Below are positions 36,644 through 49,085 of a DNA stretch of 64,000 bases, piece by piece. Numbering within the stretch: the first letter of the stretch is position 1; the number at the start of each line of letters is the position of its first letter. A program made the position numbers and the translations under genes. The DNA comes from Cetorhinus maximus (Eukaryota): assembly GCF_964194155.1 (NCBI RefSeq), contig NC_135886.1, positions 100,130,001-100,194,000 on the forward strand. The letters are read 5' to 3'. Below the pieces are notes generated by a model. That model ran no database searches. It worked only from the letters and a program-made list of their open reading frames with translations, and was not told the origin of the DNA.

Positions 36644-39600
36644 TACATTACGATCCTTGGCCAGACCTGGGGACATTGGGGAAGGTCCAGTTAGGGACCA
36701 GTAATGTTTTGTTTAAAGTAGTTAAAGGGTGAGATTCAAGACACCAGCTTTTGGAATAAAGTCACATGATTCCAAGGGTTTTGAACAACCAAAAACAAAA
36801 TTTACTTTATACAAGTTTAGAAAGATAAAACAATTTACAACATATATCTTATACTATAATGTTCAGGGCAAGTATGAGGTATGTGTAAATTAACAGACAA
36901 ACTGTGGTCGAGCACACCACACTACAGAGTAAATGGCCGATGCAACCAAGACAGAGTCCATAAAGTTCTCAAGAAATCATCCAGAAGATAGTCCTACTGT
37001 GAATCAACCAATCTCACTGGAACTTCATCTTTCTCACGAGGGTTTTCAATCTCCACCTTTGAAGATCCTGCCTTGGAATTCTTTCCAAATGTCTCTCCTA
37101 CTCAGGCAGCTTTAACAATGGCCCACCTCGCAGGGTTTCAATCTTGCCTTCTGAGATTGTCCCCGGATTCCTGAATGACTCAACCCTAGCTCACAAGCAC
37201 ACTTTCAAACCTATGGCCATGCCAAACAGCACACCACTGCTCCAAAGGAGTACCTTTGCCCCAACGGCCCGCAGTATGGAGTCAGTCTGCTAACTGCAGC
37301 TCTTTCATTAATTCGGAGGCTATTTCTTTGCTCCCTTCTTTTAATTTACTTAACAGGGCCTATTCTTATCCTTGTGTCTGTGACAATTCTTGGCTAGCAG
37401 ACTGCCTCAAACTGACTCCCTGAAGAAGAGTTGTTCACTGACCCCTGAACTGATCTGGGCAACCTATCAAAATACTCCCAGAGGGTCCCACCCTTGTTAC
37501 TAGGCAGGAATCACTGTAACAGCATTGGAACATTCTGAACTTTAAATGTTACAATGACCATAGACTGCGAATTTAACACACGCAGACATAACAAATTGAA
37601 TTCATAACACTAGCTCTATGTCATTGTTCTCCTTCATCGACATTTTGATAGTTTTGACCCCATGCTTTGCTTCACCATTCACCCATGGATGGTGTGGTGA
37701 ACTGGTAACATGGCGGAAGCCATATTCTGCAGTGAATACACAGAAATGGTCATTCACAAACTGTGGACCATTGTCTGACACTGCCTCAATCTGGGGTGCC
37801 ATGGGTAGAGCAGATGCACTTCAAAGCTTTTACCACTGCTTCTGCAGTCGTAGTATGGAGTCTGCTGATTTCCACCCAGTGAGAATAATAGTCGATGATT
37901 AGAAGTCGAGGAGATCCATGCCAAGCCTTTGCCAGGACCTGGAGGGGAATGGCAAAGAGCCACGATTCAGTTGGTTCTTGGCTGTTAATGTTGCAAATTT
38001 AGCACATGGAAATGAATGATATGATAGATTTTTAAATTCCGGCCCCCATACTGATCTTTGTGCCTGAGCTCTACACTTAGCAATGCCCAAGTGACCACCT
38101 TGAAGTTTATGGAGAATATCCTCTATCATCACCCGTGGGATTACAAACCTTTCATTAAGGATGAGGAGATCGTCGACAATTGTGAGATGTCTTTGCTGCT
38201 CGTAGTATTTTCTCAATGCCCAGTTGCTAGTGGCATACTCTAGCCAACCTTTGTGGCAGTATGTTCGGACCTGGCTGCACTCTGTCCTTCAACTGGACGT
38301 TCCTGATCTCTCAGAGTCTGCTTACAGAGGCTGGTAGGATGCCTGTAATCGATGAGGAATACATTTCCACCTTGGAGACAAGTGTCAATGATGTTCTGTG
38401 ACCTGGTCAGCCATAACTCTCGACAGCATATCAGCTGTACTCTGACTTTTGCCTGACACATGCTCTGTGGTACAGTCAAATCATATGAGCCTTAGCCAGA
38501 AATGCCATATCCTTGGTGGCATCTAAGAAATTTCCTTAGAGTTTAGAAATGAGAGCAAAGGTTTATGGTCCGTCTCTATCTTAAATTGCAAGCCCATTAA
38601 ATAATCAGAGAATTTTTCACAGGCCTATATAATAGCTAGTGTCTCCTTTTCAATCGTTGCATATTGCTGTTCAGTTTCTGTTAATGATCGAGAAGCATAG
38701 TAAACTGGCTTTCTCCTGCCATCCTCCTGGGTCTGCGGTAGATTTACCCCAAACCCTGTTACTGAAGGGTCGGCCACTACTATCATTAGCTGTTTTGGGT
38801 CGTAATGTGCGAGTACTTCAGAAGAGACTAGCAACTCCTTAATCTTGAGAAAGGCTTTCTGCTCGACTCCCCAATGCCACTGCTCTCCTTTCCTCAGCAG
38901 GTCACTTAGGGGTTCACTGGGGGCATACAGGTGTAGGATAAGTTTCCCCACCTGATTGACCACGCCTGAAAATCACTGGATGTGGAAGTTCTGTAATTGC
39001 CTTGGACTTTTGGGGATTTACTGTTATCCCTTGCTGGTGAATGATGTGACCTAAAAATCTAACGGTAGTCTTACTGAATTCACATTTATCATTCAAGGTG
39101 AGGCTGGCTTGTTGAAGCACCTTTAAAACCTCACAAACACTATGGTCATGTCCCTCCTTAGCAGCACCATGGATGAGCAAATCATCCATGCAATAAATAC
39201 TGCCTTCTTTGCCTTCGAGGATGTTGGACATAGTGTCCAGTGTGTTGAAAGATTTCTGGTGCGGAGCATATGCTGTAAGGAAGACGATTGAAACAGAAGC
39301 AACCAAAGGGAGTAATAAATGTAGTTAACAACCTTGATTCTTGGTCAAAGGGAATCTGCCAAAACTAACTGTTGGCATCCAGCTTTGTAAAAAGGGCACT
39401 TCTTGACAACTTCACCAAACTGTTGTCAACAGAGGACATCGGGGGTATCTCCCTTTGGACAGCTTTATTTAGCTGTGTCAGATCGACACAGAGTCTGATG
39501 TCACCACTGGTTTATGGACTGTAACGAACCCAGAGCACCCCTTGGTAGGCAATGTAACAGGAGAGAGAATTCCTTGACGCAGCATCTTGTCAAGTTGCTA

Positions 39601-42584
39601 CTTGACATTTCTGATCAGCACATTCCTTGAGGTAAATAAACAGATGGGTTTGGTATCTGGGAGCAGAGTGATGTGATACTCACTTTTGAGTTTTCCCAGA
39701 CCCCAGAACAACCTAATCATGGGGTATTGACTGAAGCCAGTCTAATCACCTGCTAGTATGTTAATGCCAGCTCCAGTATAAATTTTAAAGTTGGTGTCAA
39801 AACCTCTAACTTGCACTGTAACTGACCAATAATTAATTTCCAATTTGTTGGATGGAATGTGTCTCATAAATATTCTCTTGTCTTCTACCTCGATTAAAGT
39901 TGCTATACTTGCAGAAATGCTTGAAATATCCAGTCTTCCTGCACTGGAAGCATTTCGTGCCCCCTGCTGGGCAGTCTTGGCATCAGTGTTGTTTCTTTGT
40001 ACCAAAAAGTAAGCATTTCAAAATGGCTGCTGTGGGGTTTCCCACCCTTTTGTCCATTTTGGCCGACTTTTGTGTGGGTGGGGCTGCTGCCCGTGGGTCT
40101 ATCCAGTTAACGGAGTCATCTAGAGCCTTGGTGTCGTGACGAATTATAGCCTGCTTAATTTCTCTGAGTTTGTCCTACCTCGTGGATTGAACCGTTTGAT
40201 CTAAAGTGAGGTCGTCTTTGGTCTGTAGAAAGTCACTGAGCTTTTCATTACATACACTAACGACTATGTGGTTGCGGATGAGTTTGTCTTATAGCTCCCC
40301 GTATTCGCAAGTCAATATAGGTTGGTGAGAAATAATTGCACTGATTCTCCTGGTCTTTGCGACCTTCGGTTAAAGTGCACGTGCACTATCACCACATTTT
40401 GCGTCAGGCTAAAATACATGATGAAGGCTTTGGGAATGGTGTTAAAGTCTGCAGCGGGCTCCTCTACCCCCTGCCTCAGGAGAATGTTGTCTGCTACTGG
40501 ACCTACAGCATAAAGAAACAAACTGACTTGATGCTTTTGCTCTTTAGCATGAAGGCCCGATGCTGCTCGATATCAGAGGAAGTGCTTCTTCCATAACTCT
40601 CACTTTTGGCCACCTCTGCAAGCCCTCAAGACAGTCAAACGTGCTGGTTAGGGGCAGTGACTGCTCACCAGGTAAGGACATTGTTACCTCTCTCCAGTTT
40701 GTCTCCTTCTTTGGTAGGGTTTTAAGTACGAGCTGCGACCAAGTTTTTCTTCACTCTCTCGCCATGGTTCCATCAATGGCACCAATCTCTGGCTAGATTG
40801 GTGTCACCACCACTGCTGCCATGCTTTGTACTGCCACCATGTTCTATGTACTCTTGAGGTGGTTCCTGGCTTCTGGTATGCATGACAGGCTGTAGCCTTA
40901 CTCTGGTACTTGCCTTAAATTAGTTTATTAACACTATGTACAAACAGGTTACAGAGTAGGTATATACATCTCTCCTGCATAGAGTGTGTTCCATCCTCTC
41001 TCTCACTCTCTCTCTCTCTAGAGACAGTCTAGCGCATGACTGCTGTTGTCACTGACACATCATCATCTACATCACTCATTAGCATAACTATTCTATTAAC
41101 CCATTACATTACAATAATAACTATCATTACAACATATGCTGAGTCACTGAATATCCTTGACTTCAACTAAAATTAGGATTGCTAAGTTTCTAGGTTAATT
41201 GTCTGCAAACTGGTATTAATTTTAGGTTAGAAAGAGTATGGATTCGAACAACATTCTAGAGCCTGTGCATATCTCTGGCTGACAACCTCACTGGAAAAAG
41301 GTGACATCTCTGTGTATCACACCTCAGAGTCTCATGCAAAAGAAAGAGAAAGAGAGAACTTTACAACTGTCTTATGAGTTGCCTCTCAACTCTATTGTTG
41401 AGGATTAGTTCACTGAGGAAGCAATCATAGTTACCATAGTGCATGTAAACCTGTCCCCTTGATGTGGAAACTTGGAGTATCTGTATGTCTGTTCAACTGA
41501 ATCCTTTGTTGGATATAATGACTGAAAACCATTCTGTCATAATGGTTGGAGATACTTCAAACCAGCTCTTAATGTCCTCCATTTTTCAAAGCTAACATTA
41601 TCATCTATTTGTACTTTGACATTAAAAAAACAGGTAGAATAGCATCTAATTTTCTGCACTGAGTTAAACAGAATATCCAAAATTAAACAGTCATATGTTT
41701 ATTATAGCTAAACTCTCTGGTACCCCATTTTGGAAACCACCTCCAATTAATAATGTAAGTGATATTCATATTTCTGGGAGTTAACACTTTGCAAGCTGAA
41801 GCAGACTTGAGATCAAGAATATAAAAATAAAACCCCTTCCATAGAAGTAAAACCTCAAAATGTTGCAGCTGGAATATTCATTATTTGAAGGAAAAAGTAT
41901 AAATGTTTACTGCATTGCTTTGCCTAATTATTATTGTATTTTGAGTGGTTATTTTCTATATTTTAACCTCAGCACCATCTTTTTGTGAGAGAAGTACAAC
42001 TCTTCTGCCTAAATATTTAATTGGCAACCTGGTGGACAAGCGCAGAAGATTGACATTAGTAGATATTTTACCAGAAAGAAGTTTGGAACAAAATCCCTAG
42101 TTAATGTAAAACCCAATTGCCAGCATGTCGCTGTGCCCTCCGAGAAACTCGCCATGAAGGACAGGTTACTTAGGTGGTGGATGTGTCACCCATGAAAGAG
42201 ATGACTTGCTAACAATGCCCTCGTGAATTATATGATGGCAATTCCATAACTCTGTTGTTTTGTGTATTGCTTTCTATTCACCCCTAGTGAATGCTCTTGC
42301 TCATTTTCCGTTACATCTGTAGTGGTTTCTCTCCAAAAGGCAATCCTGATTTCTTCTGCTGCACCACATTGTGTCTAAGGACAATTTCTGACCAACAATG
42401 CAAACCTACATGTAACTTGATCTCCATATAGGAACTTTGCAAAAACAAAAATTAAATAAAAACTTAGCTCCTCCCTACATAAATAAAAGACAAACAAGAA
42501 TGATTTGTACAAATCATGCCTAATGGTTTTCCAAATGAACTTTCTCAACTTTATCTGTTTTTACTTTTTAATGACTGCCTGAAT

Positions 42585-42780
42585 TCACTTTGGATGAGGT
42601 GTTAAACCAAGGCTCCTCCATCTGTCTTTCCAGTAGTTCAGGTAGATAATCAAGATCCTTTGGCAGTGTTAAAAATCTATTGTCCTGGTCAGCATTTCTT
42701 CCTTAACCAATACTGCCAAAAACTGATTACCTGGTCATTCATCTCAGTGCTGTCCTTGGTACATTGCTGCCTTATTTAAA
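42585..42780 (+). mobile_element. DeuSINE/SacSINE1-like fragment
   Basis: Contains ggatgaggtgttaaaccaagg...tgtcctggtcagcatt...aactgattacctggtcatt. Confidence 0.6.
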
Positions 42781-42784
42781 AACA

Positions 42785-43750
42785 TAGAGCATAGAGCCAT
42801 ACAAAAATTTGCAGCACAGAAGGAGGTAATTTAACCCATCATGCCCATGTCAGTCGGAAAAGAGTTAGCTAGCCTAGCCCCACCTTCCAGCTCTTGATCT
42901 GTGGCCCTGTAAATTATGGCACCTCAAGTACATATCCAAGTATTTTTTTTAAATACAGTGAGGATTTCTGCCTTTACCTCCCTTTCAGGCAGCAAGTTCC
43001 AGGCTCGCACTACCCTCTGGGTGAAAAAAATACTCTTCAACTCCTCTCTAATCCGCCTATCAATTACTTTAAATCTATACCCCCTGGGTTTTGACCTTTT
43101 TCCAACAGAAATACATTCTTCCTACCCAATTTATCTAGGCTTCTCAGTTTTGCACATCATAATTAAATCTCCTTTCAACCATCTCTGCTCCAAAAGCAAT
43201 CCCAGCCTATCCAATCTTTCCTCATAGCTAAAATTCTCCATCACCCCAGCAGGGATGCACTCATGTCAACCTTACACCTACTCCCAAAGGGGAGGCCGAC
43301 CTGGCAGAAAGTTCCTTCAGGCACAATCAGATAGATGGGTCTACAGGGAGGAGCAGCATAAGAACACCATTTGGCCTCTCGTCATGGCCGCTCCTCCTTG
43401 CAGGTTGATCAGGGAAGATCATGTTCCTTACCCTGCCCCCAATCGCCACTCACTCATGTTAAACCCATATCTCTTGACACCTTTATCATGCCAAGAAGTT
43501 TCAAGGTAATTTTGGAGCCCACTCACTGAGAGTACCTCACGTGCACTATGGGTTGCTGAGGTGCCACCACTCCGGACCCTCCAATCGCAGAGACTCCTAC
43601 AAGTATCAGTCCTAGATGGCCTTAGCATTTGTGCGAGACTGTGTTTCAGCTGGTAAAGGTAAACTAATGGTTTTCCAAATGAACTTTCTCAACTTTAACC
43701 ATCCCAGCCAAAGTAAATTTATTTCCTCCATGTACCCTGCAGCAGCCTGT
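42785..43750 (-). mobile_element. CR1 3' tail fragments (two)
   Basis: Reverse-complement CR1 tails starting at ~42785 and ~43360. Confidence 0.65.
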
Positions 43751-44646
43751 TAGAGCTGGTGATGCTTTACATGGACAGTCCTCGGCATGGTCCAGCACAC
43801 AGGTTCATTCTACTCTTTCTCACCTCATGCACCAAAACCCTGGTCCTTCAATGATGCCCAATGCACTTTGGTTGCAAACCATTTATTCGAGGTGTGCTGC
43901 CTTCCTTGACAAGGAAACAAACAGGCCAAAGAAATCTCCATGAGAGGTCTAACAAAGGTTTCAGTCAAATGCACAGATACCTCTTAAATCCTACACTTAA
44001 ATCCCTCTCGCAATGAAGGCTAATTTGCCCATTGCCCCCTTACTTGCAGCCTTCACCTGCATTTAGCTCAAAATGACAAATCACCAAGGAAAGCCATCAA
44101 CAATTGGATGTGCCCATCACAACTTTCTCCAGACCCGTATGGCAGCCTCTGGTTTTCTACTGATCAGAAGACAATGTAGAGCTTCACTCTCTCAGCCCTG
44201 AAACTGCCTCTGCAGTGTTTCTTGCCACTTGTGTAGCAGATTTAACTCCTCTTGAGTACTCATGACTTCCACCCAGATCTCACATCAGGGCAACAGCAGC
44301 AGGAGATGCAATGACCTCATTGAACACATTTTCAGAGGTCAGAACATGATGAACTACAAGTAATGGCTTGCATGATGCGTGGCCAGGCAACACACTCACA
44401 ACTAATCACGCACATGTGGGATCATTGAGTATGCACAATGTTGATAACGTGAGAGAAGTGAATCTACAGGAGTTCATTATCAGACTCTGATGGGAGCCCA
44501 CATTCCAGACCCCTAAATGCCTGCGACCATTGAAGCAACTAGCAGCAAGATGGAATCCAGGAAACTTCCAAGCAGTGCAAGTGAACATATATTTTCAAGT
44601 GCCAAAACCATATACGATGGTTGTACACCTGTGTCATCCATGTGCT

Positions 44647-47613
44647 TCAATACTTCTTAATCATTCTTTGCCTACCATTACATTTAGGTGCAGCCCCGAC
44701 TTCCACAGCTGAGGTGGAGGCAGCCTGCTGACCAATGTTCCCTGTTGACTGTGATGACTTTGTCAGGCGTCCTCTGGTGGCCTGAGGCCTAGAGGGCCTC
44801 AGGCTACTAAGACTCTCCTGCTCAGGTGCAGATGCACCCTCCTCAGCTTGACCTGCTGAATATGATGGGGTCATTGGCACAGGGGAAGTGGAGTGGCAGG
44901 GTACCCTTGGAGTGTCCTGGGATGAAGTGCCTGGGGTGCCTGGCTGGTGCTGCTTCTCGCTGTGGGTGCCCGATGGCACCTCCCTGACTCCTTGAGGGGA
45001 AGGGGCACCTGGAGGGAGGTCCAGGTGCCCTGTCCCCTTCTTGCCTAACCACTGCTGCACTTCGCCCTTGGCTAGAGCGATGAAATGTAAATCCAAGCGC
45101 ATAGCCAGCAGCCATTGTGCATTCTGCTGGTCCTGGGTCTCCAAGACAGCTGCCACCCATTCCGCGGAGGCTGCCAAGCACTCACATGCTGGAGCCATGA
45201 TATCAGACAGAACGTGGGCGGACTCCTCCAGCCTTCAGTCCGGTCTGTTTCTGGCCTCTGGCCACTCTGCCTGCTGTTCCCTGCCTGTCTCTGAATCTCC
45301 AACATGTCTCTTAGGACCAAGTCCAGAGGCTTGTCATCTGTATCGGGCTAAGCAGGGGCCTGATCTCTAGCATTCCTCCAAGTGTCAGAGATCCCAGCTG
45401 TCACTTCATCTGCTGGCTATGGATCCGTGTCAGTGATGTGCTCAACAGATTGTGACTCCAAGCAACTCTAGAACGTGGACCAACCAAGGTGGCTGTATCT
45501 GCGCTGGCAGAGAGTGCAGGTGAACACCATGATGATGCATTCTCTGAAGCTTCTGAGGCATTCTCCTCAGAGGTGGGGCTGATCTGGGTAGGTGGCCTCC
45601 CCATTTTCTTGCTGGAATAGAGAATAGAAAGGTTTAGTGATTGACTAAGCAGGCTCCCTAATTAAATGCCTCACTCTATAGGGTGCAAATGCCTCAGCCT
45701 ATGGGCCTGCAGCTGACAAATGCAGACTGGAGGCATGCTCACTGGCTTCCTGAGGGAGTCCTATCTCACCTTCAGCACAGGCACAATCCTGTTCCTCCCC
45801 AGCTATCTCTGTGGTCTGCTCCTCATACAGGGTGAAGATTCGAATAACCGGAATTTCACCTCCATTCTGGGTGCGCTCCTGCTTGCTGTGAGCGTTCTTC
45901 TCCTGAAGAAAGACAGAAGGATTGATTGAGGTCCCAATGATTAAATGAGCAGTTCAGGAGCATGCATGCCTATGGCAGCTGCTGAGCCTTCTCCGGTAAG
46001 TGATTAAGAAGCAGGATGTCCTGCAACTGATAGAAAATTGAGAGCATAAAGTGGCTGGCACACATTCAGTGCAGATGTCACATTTGCTGGTGAGTGCTGC
46101 AACCCAAATTCCTGTCTGACATACCTGTGCACTCATAAGAACGTAAGAAACAGGAGCTGTAGTAGACCACACAGCCCATCGAGCCTGCTGTGCCATTCAA
46201 TATGATCATGGTTGATCTTGGGCTTCAAACTCCATTTTCCCTCCCGTTCCTCATATCCTTTAATTATCTGAGAGACCAAAAATCTGTCTATCCCAGCCTT
46301 AAATGTATTCAATTATGGAGTATTCACAGTCCCCTGGAGTAGAGAATTCCAAAGATTCACAACCCTTTGAGTGAAGAAATTTCTCCTCTTCTCACTCTTA
46401 AATAATTGGCTCCTTATCCTAAGACTGTGCTCCCGTGGCTTAAGTTCCCTGACCAATGGAAACAGTCTCTCAGCGTACACTCTTTCAAGCCCCTTCAGAA
46501 TTTTGTAGGTTTCAATGAGGTCGCCTCTCATTCTTCTAAACTCCCGAGAATATAAGCACAATTTTCTCAGCCTCTCATCATAAGACATCACAGGGACCAA
46601 TTTCACTGCACTGCCTCAAATGCAAGTATATCCTTTCTTAAATGTGGAAAGCAAAACTGCACACAGTCCTCCAGATGCTATCTCACCAAAACACTGTACA
46701 ACTAAAGCAAGACTTCTTTATTCTTGTGCTTCAAACCCCTTGCAATAAAGGCCAACATGCCATTTGCTTTCCTAATTGCTTATGCATTTGCATGCTAACT
46801 TTCTGTGTTCCTTGTACCATTACACCCAAGTCTCTTTGAACATCAACACTTACAAGTTTCTCACATTTTAAGAAATATTCTGCTTTTTTATTCTTATGGC
46901 CAAGGTGAATAACTGTACATTTTCCTATATTACGCTCCATCTGCCATTTTGTTGCCGATTCCCCTAACCTGTCTATATCTCTTTGCAGCCTCTCTGTGTC
47001 TTCCCCACAGCTTATTTTTCCACCTAGTTTGGTATCATCATCAAACTTAAATACATTACTCTCTGTCTCTTCATATAAGCCATTAATGTAGAGTATAAAT
47101 AGCTGAGGCCCCAGCATTGATTCTTGTGGCACTCCACTATTCACTGCCTGACAAATTGAAAAAGCTCTGTTTATGCCCACTCTCTGTTTTCTATACATTA
47201 ACCAATCTTCTATCCGTGGTAATATATTACCCCCAAATCTATGAGCCCTTATTTTGCCTATTAACCTGTTGTGCGGCACCTTATTGAATTCCTTTTGGAA
47301 ATCCCTCACACTTAGACTGCCTGATGTCCTTATGAGTGTCAGTTTGCAGTGAGTAGATGGTGCACTTACCCTGGCAGAGCACAAAAGATCATTCATCCTC
47401 TTGCAACACTACTGGGCGTCTCTGTACTGGGCCCCAATGGGCACTAACCTCCACTGTGACCTCTACCCAGGCCACCATGGTCAGACAGGAGTGCCTCCTG
47501 CTGCCATCCCAGGGAAACAGCACTGGCTGAATTCCTTGGGCAGCCTGGAGGAGAGTCTCCAGTAAGGCTTCGCTGAGCATTGGGGCCGCATATTGCTTTC
47601 TTTTCTGGGGCAA
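44647..47613 (-). pseudogene. Decayed three-exon Myb/SANT gene of a Harbinger/PIF transposon
   Basis: Exon 1 at ~47613-47370 (..AWVEVTVEVSA..CKRMNDLLCSAR, gtaagt donor). Exon 2 at 45902-45743 (cag acceptor, EKNAHSKQERTQNGG.., gtgagc donor). Exon 3 at ~45611-44647 is a Ser/Pro-rich tail ending in a basic patch. Frameshifts are present. Confidence 0.7.
46134..47310 (-). mobile_element. CR1 LINE (RT plus tail) inserted in intron 1 of the Harbinger Myb gene
   Basis: DFQKEFNKVPH, GVPQESMLGP, FKFDDDTK and RRMRGDLIETYK motifs, plus tail. Confidence 0.9.
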
Positions 47614-47824
47614 CCTGGTCTCAGCAGAATCCAGAGTTCCTGGTCTGGAATGAGTGAATGGCTGTCCGGGTGCCTTTTAAATATGGCACTCGGACCTTCA
47701 ACACCATGAGGTAAAGGTGGGGCCGTCGACTTCTTGCCTGCCACTTCCATGAAATTCGGCATGCTCTGCATGGATGCAGAGGTACTGAGTTGACTGACGC
47801 AAGATTGTGTGTGGTCAGTCATCA

Positions 47825-48112
47825 CCTGATGAGATGCTAAGCCATCTGTCCTCTTAGAAGATTCCATGATGTTATTTTAAAGAAGAGCAGAAGAGGTTCT
47901 GCCATTGTCCTGACCAATGTTTATCATTCAACCAACATCACTAAAACAGATTGATCATCCCTACATTGGTGTTTATGGGACCTTCCAGTACGCAGTTTGG
48001 TGACAGAATTTCCGATATATAACAGTAACATCATTTCAAAAGTACTTCATTGGCTGTAAAGCACTTGGGATATCCTGGGTGTAAAATGCTCTTTATAAAT
48101 ACAGGTCATTCT
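47825..48112 (+). mobile_element. DeuSINE/SacSINE1-like fragment
   Basis: Contains gaagagcag..tgtcctgaccaat..tcaaccaacatcactaaaacagat..ttcaaaagtacttcattggctgtaaagcact. Confidence 0.75.
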
Positions 48113-48974
48113 TAGATAAGCAAGACCTTCTGTCCTGTAGGTTTCTATGCTGAGGGCCCCTTAAATACTTGGGGTAAGAATTTCATCAGTATCCCCAATG
48201 CTAGGAAAGTCTACCGCTGTTTCACTGGGGCGTGCTGTGCTGCCAGCTGCTTCCAGCATGGCCCATATGCCTCACCCTCTTAGGAAGGATACCCATGTAC
48301 ATATTATAAGCGTGTGCTGGAAGCCTGTGAAGAAATACTATGCTGACATCAAACAATCCAACCAGCTGATGCAATGCCAGGATATCTAATTTAGACCAGG
48401 CAACAAATTTGCCTATCACTGTTCAAACAACAACCGCTAAGCCACAATATGAGCCCTGCACCTAAATTGCAGGTAAGGTAAATTTTAAGAGCTTTTGCTA
48501 TTACAAAGTCTCTGGAAGTACCCTGGAGTGCTTTTGGAGGTGTTATGGTGAGTTTCTGGATTTAGGGTTGCTGCATCTTCACAGGGAGGGCACAAGAGTA
48601 GGTGACCTGTCCACACAAAGGTTGCAACAGGTATGGCAGCAGCAGTAATGGCACCTCAAGATCTGTAGTATGAGATGGAGCTGAAGCAGAGGCTACGGAG
48701 AAAGCAAGCTCTGTGCAATGCCCTCTGCATACATGGAGTCGGTTTCCTCCATGCTCCTTGACAGTGACAGGAGGATGTCTGGCAGGCAAATCCATGCACT
48801 CAGTATCACGGTGTGCATGCCCATTCAGCGTTTTCCTGTATGCCATCGTATTGAGGTCCTCTGTGAGTTCCCTGCCACAGAGCTCATCTGCCATCCCGCC
48901 TTCTGGTGAGCTTGCAAATGAACCATCCTTTTCCCAGGTCTGCAATCCAGTCATGACTGGATGACCCCCCCACA

Positions 48975-49085
48975 TGATACCATCTAGGACAAGGGCAGCA
49001 GATAAATGAGAACGCCACCACCTGGAAGTTCCTGTTCAAGCCACTCTCAAATCCTGACTTGGAAATATATCCCCATTCCCAGGCA
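48975..49085 (+). mobile_element. Short 3' fragment of the tRNA-headed LINE family
   Basis: Contains ggacaagggcagcagata...cctgacttggaaatatatc, as at 20790-20870. Confidence 0.75.

Larger units (their letters stand above)
32830..37609 (-). mobile_element. Gypsy C (Gmr1/SCAN-gag-like, tRNA-Pro PBS), internally deleted, CTAG TSD
   Basis: TG...CA ends with CTAG at 32826-32829 and 37610-37613. LTR homology between 32830-34140 and 36647-37200. Degenerate TGGGGxCTxxxxCGGGAT PBS at ~36504-36522. gag at 34750-36419 (FISFEKAAKQLKWP; DYEIVKAAVLNAYELVSEAYQLKFR). RT and integrase are absent. Confidence 0.85.
32256..41134 (-). mobile_element. Gypsy LTR retrotransposon B (Mag-like), decayed, interrupted by Gypsy C
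   Basis: 5' LTR at ~40840-41134 with PBS TGGTGGCAG. Coding remnants: gag 40312-40600, protease-like FKIYTGA ~39780, RT YCMDDLLIHG ~39180, RNase H PVYYASRSLTETEQQYATIEKE, integrase GHLGIAKC / SDNGPQF / HVTSSPHHP, continuing as LMGRRLKTQLP at 32489-32829. PPT-like sequence at ~32256-32270. Confidence 0.87.

Noticed and set aside
48210-48970. Possible Harbinger transposase (HARBI1-like) 5' remnant; similar GC-richer relic at ~54380-55740
   Set aside because: Only vague resemblance; no DDE motif or clear termini could be supported.
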